Part shown: piece after piece, positions 63,985 to 64,000 of the stretch
Position numbering within the stretch: position 1 is the first letter of the stretch
Layout: each line of letters begins with the position of its first letter
Source: Ostreococcus lucimarinus
Taxonomy: Eukaryota
DNA: 64,000 bases
Assembly (NCBI GenBank): GCA_000092065.1
Contig: CP000587.1
Strand: one strand, 5' to 3'
Program-made: the position numbers and the translations under genes
The notes under the pieces: generated by a model
Told to the model about the DNA's origin: nothing
The model's database searches: none
Seen by the model: the letters and a program-made list of their open reading frames with translations, nothing else

Positions 63985-64000
63985 CGCGTCCCGCGCGTCC

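Noticed and set aside
1-64000. Bacterial or operon interpretation of the window, with GTG/TTG starts taken at face value.
   Set aside because: The gene content is eukaryote-specific, and there is an intron-bearing tRNA and a GT-AG intron. The ORF track's 'M' at 31, 2954, 28591 and 41572 corresponds to GTG or TTG. I used only verified ATG codons for reported starts.

Overview
This 64-kb window is from a GC-rich, gene-dense, intron-poor eukaryotic nuclear genome. Most of it looks roughly 65-70% GC by eye. I count about 30 protein genes at roughly one per 2 kb, several of them head-to-head with under 60 bp between start codons. The gene content points to a small green alga of prasinophyte or Mamiellophyceae (Micromonas-like) type, but that is inference only. 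Supporting evidence includes cyanobacterial-type plastid FtsZ, protochlorophyllide reductase, Fis1, AAR2, a PP2A catalytic subunit, an organellar bL21 with a GT-AG intron, an intron-containing tRNA-Asp, and TGTAA motifs shortly after several stop codons. The ORF track translates GTG and TTG starts as 'M'. For every start I report, I checked the sequence for a real ATG (or CAT on the minus strand). Three things stand out. First, a 4820-aa single-ORF megaprotein (7303..21765, minus strand) combines a signal anchor, a GH72 beta-1,3-glucanosyltransferase domain and two complete FKS/GT48 beta-1,3-glucan synthase modules. Its body is visibly lower in GC than its flanks. Second, a 1948-aa minus-strand ORF (58138..63984) fuses a polytopic membrane module, a catalase-related (allene-oxide-synthase-like) hemoprotein domain, a PLAT domain and a lipoxygenase. 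A standalone membrane protein that may be a paralogue of its N-terminal module, and an EF-hand membrane protein, lie just upstream, all within a second lower-GC island that begins at a 137-bp palindrome-rich tandem repeat. Third, a four-NBD ABC-F protein joins an eEF3-type ABC cassette (with the eEF3 chromodomain-like insert but no HEAT domain) to an ABCF2/Arb1-type cassette. The remaining genes are ordinary housekeeping or organelle genes: pfkB kinase, DEAD-box helicase, Rrp9-like WD40 protein, ABC1 kinase, P450, PCO/ADO thiol dioxygenase, CCHC and RING proteins, P4H-like oxygenase, two cathepsin-like proteases, a TVP38/DedA protein, an SLC35B-like transporter and an amino-acid permease.
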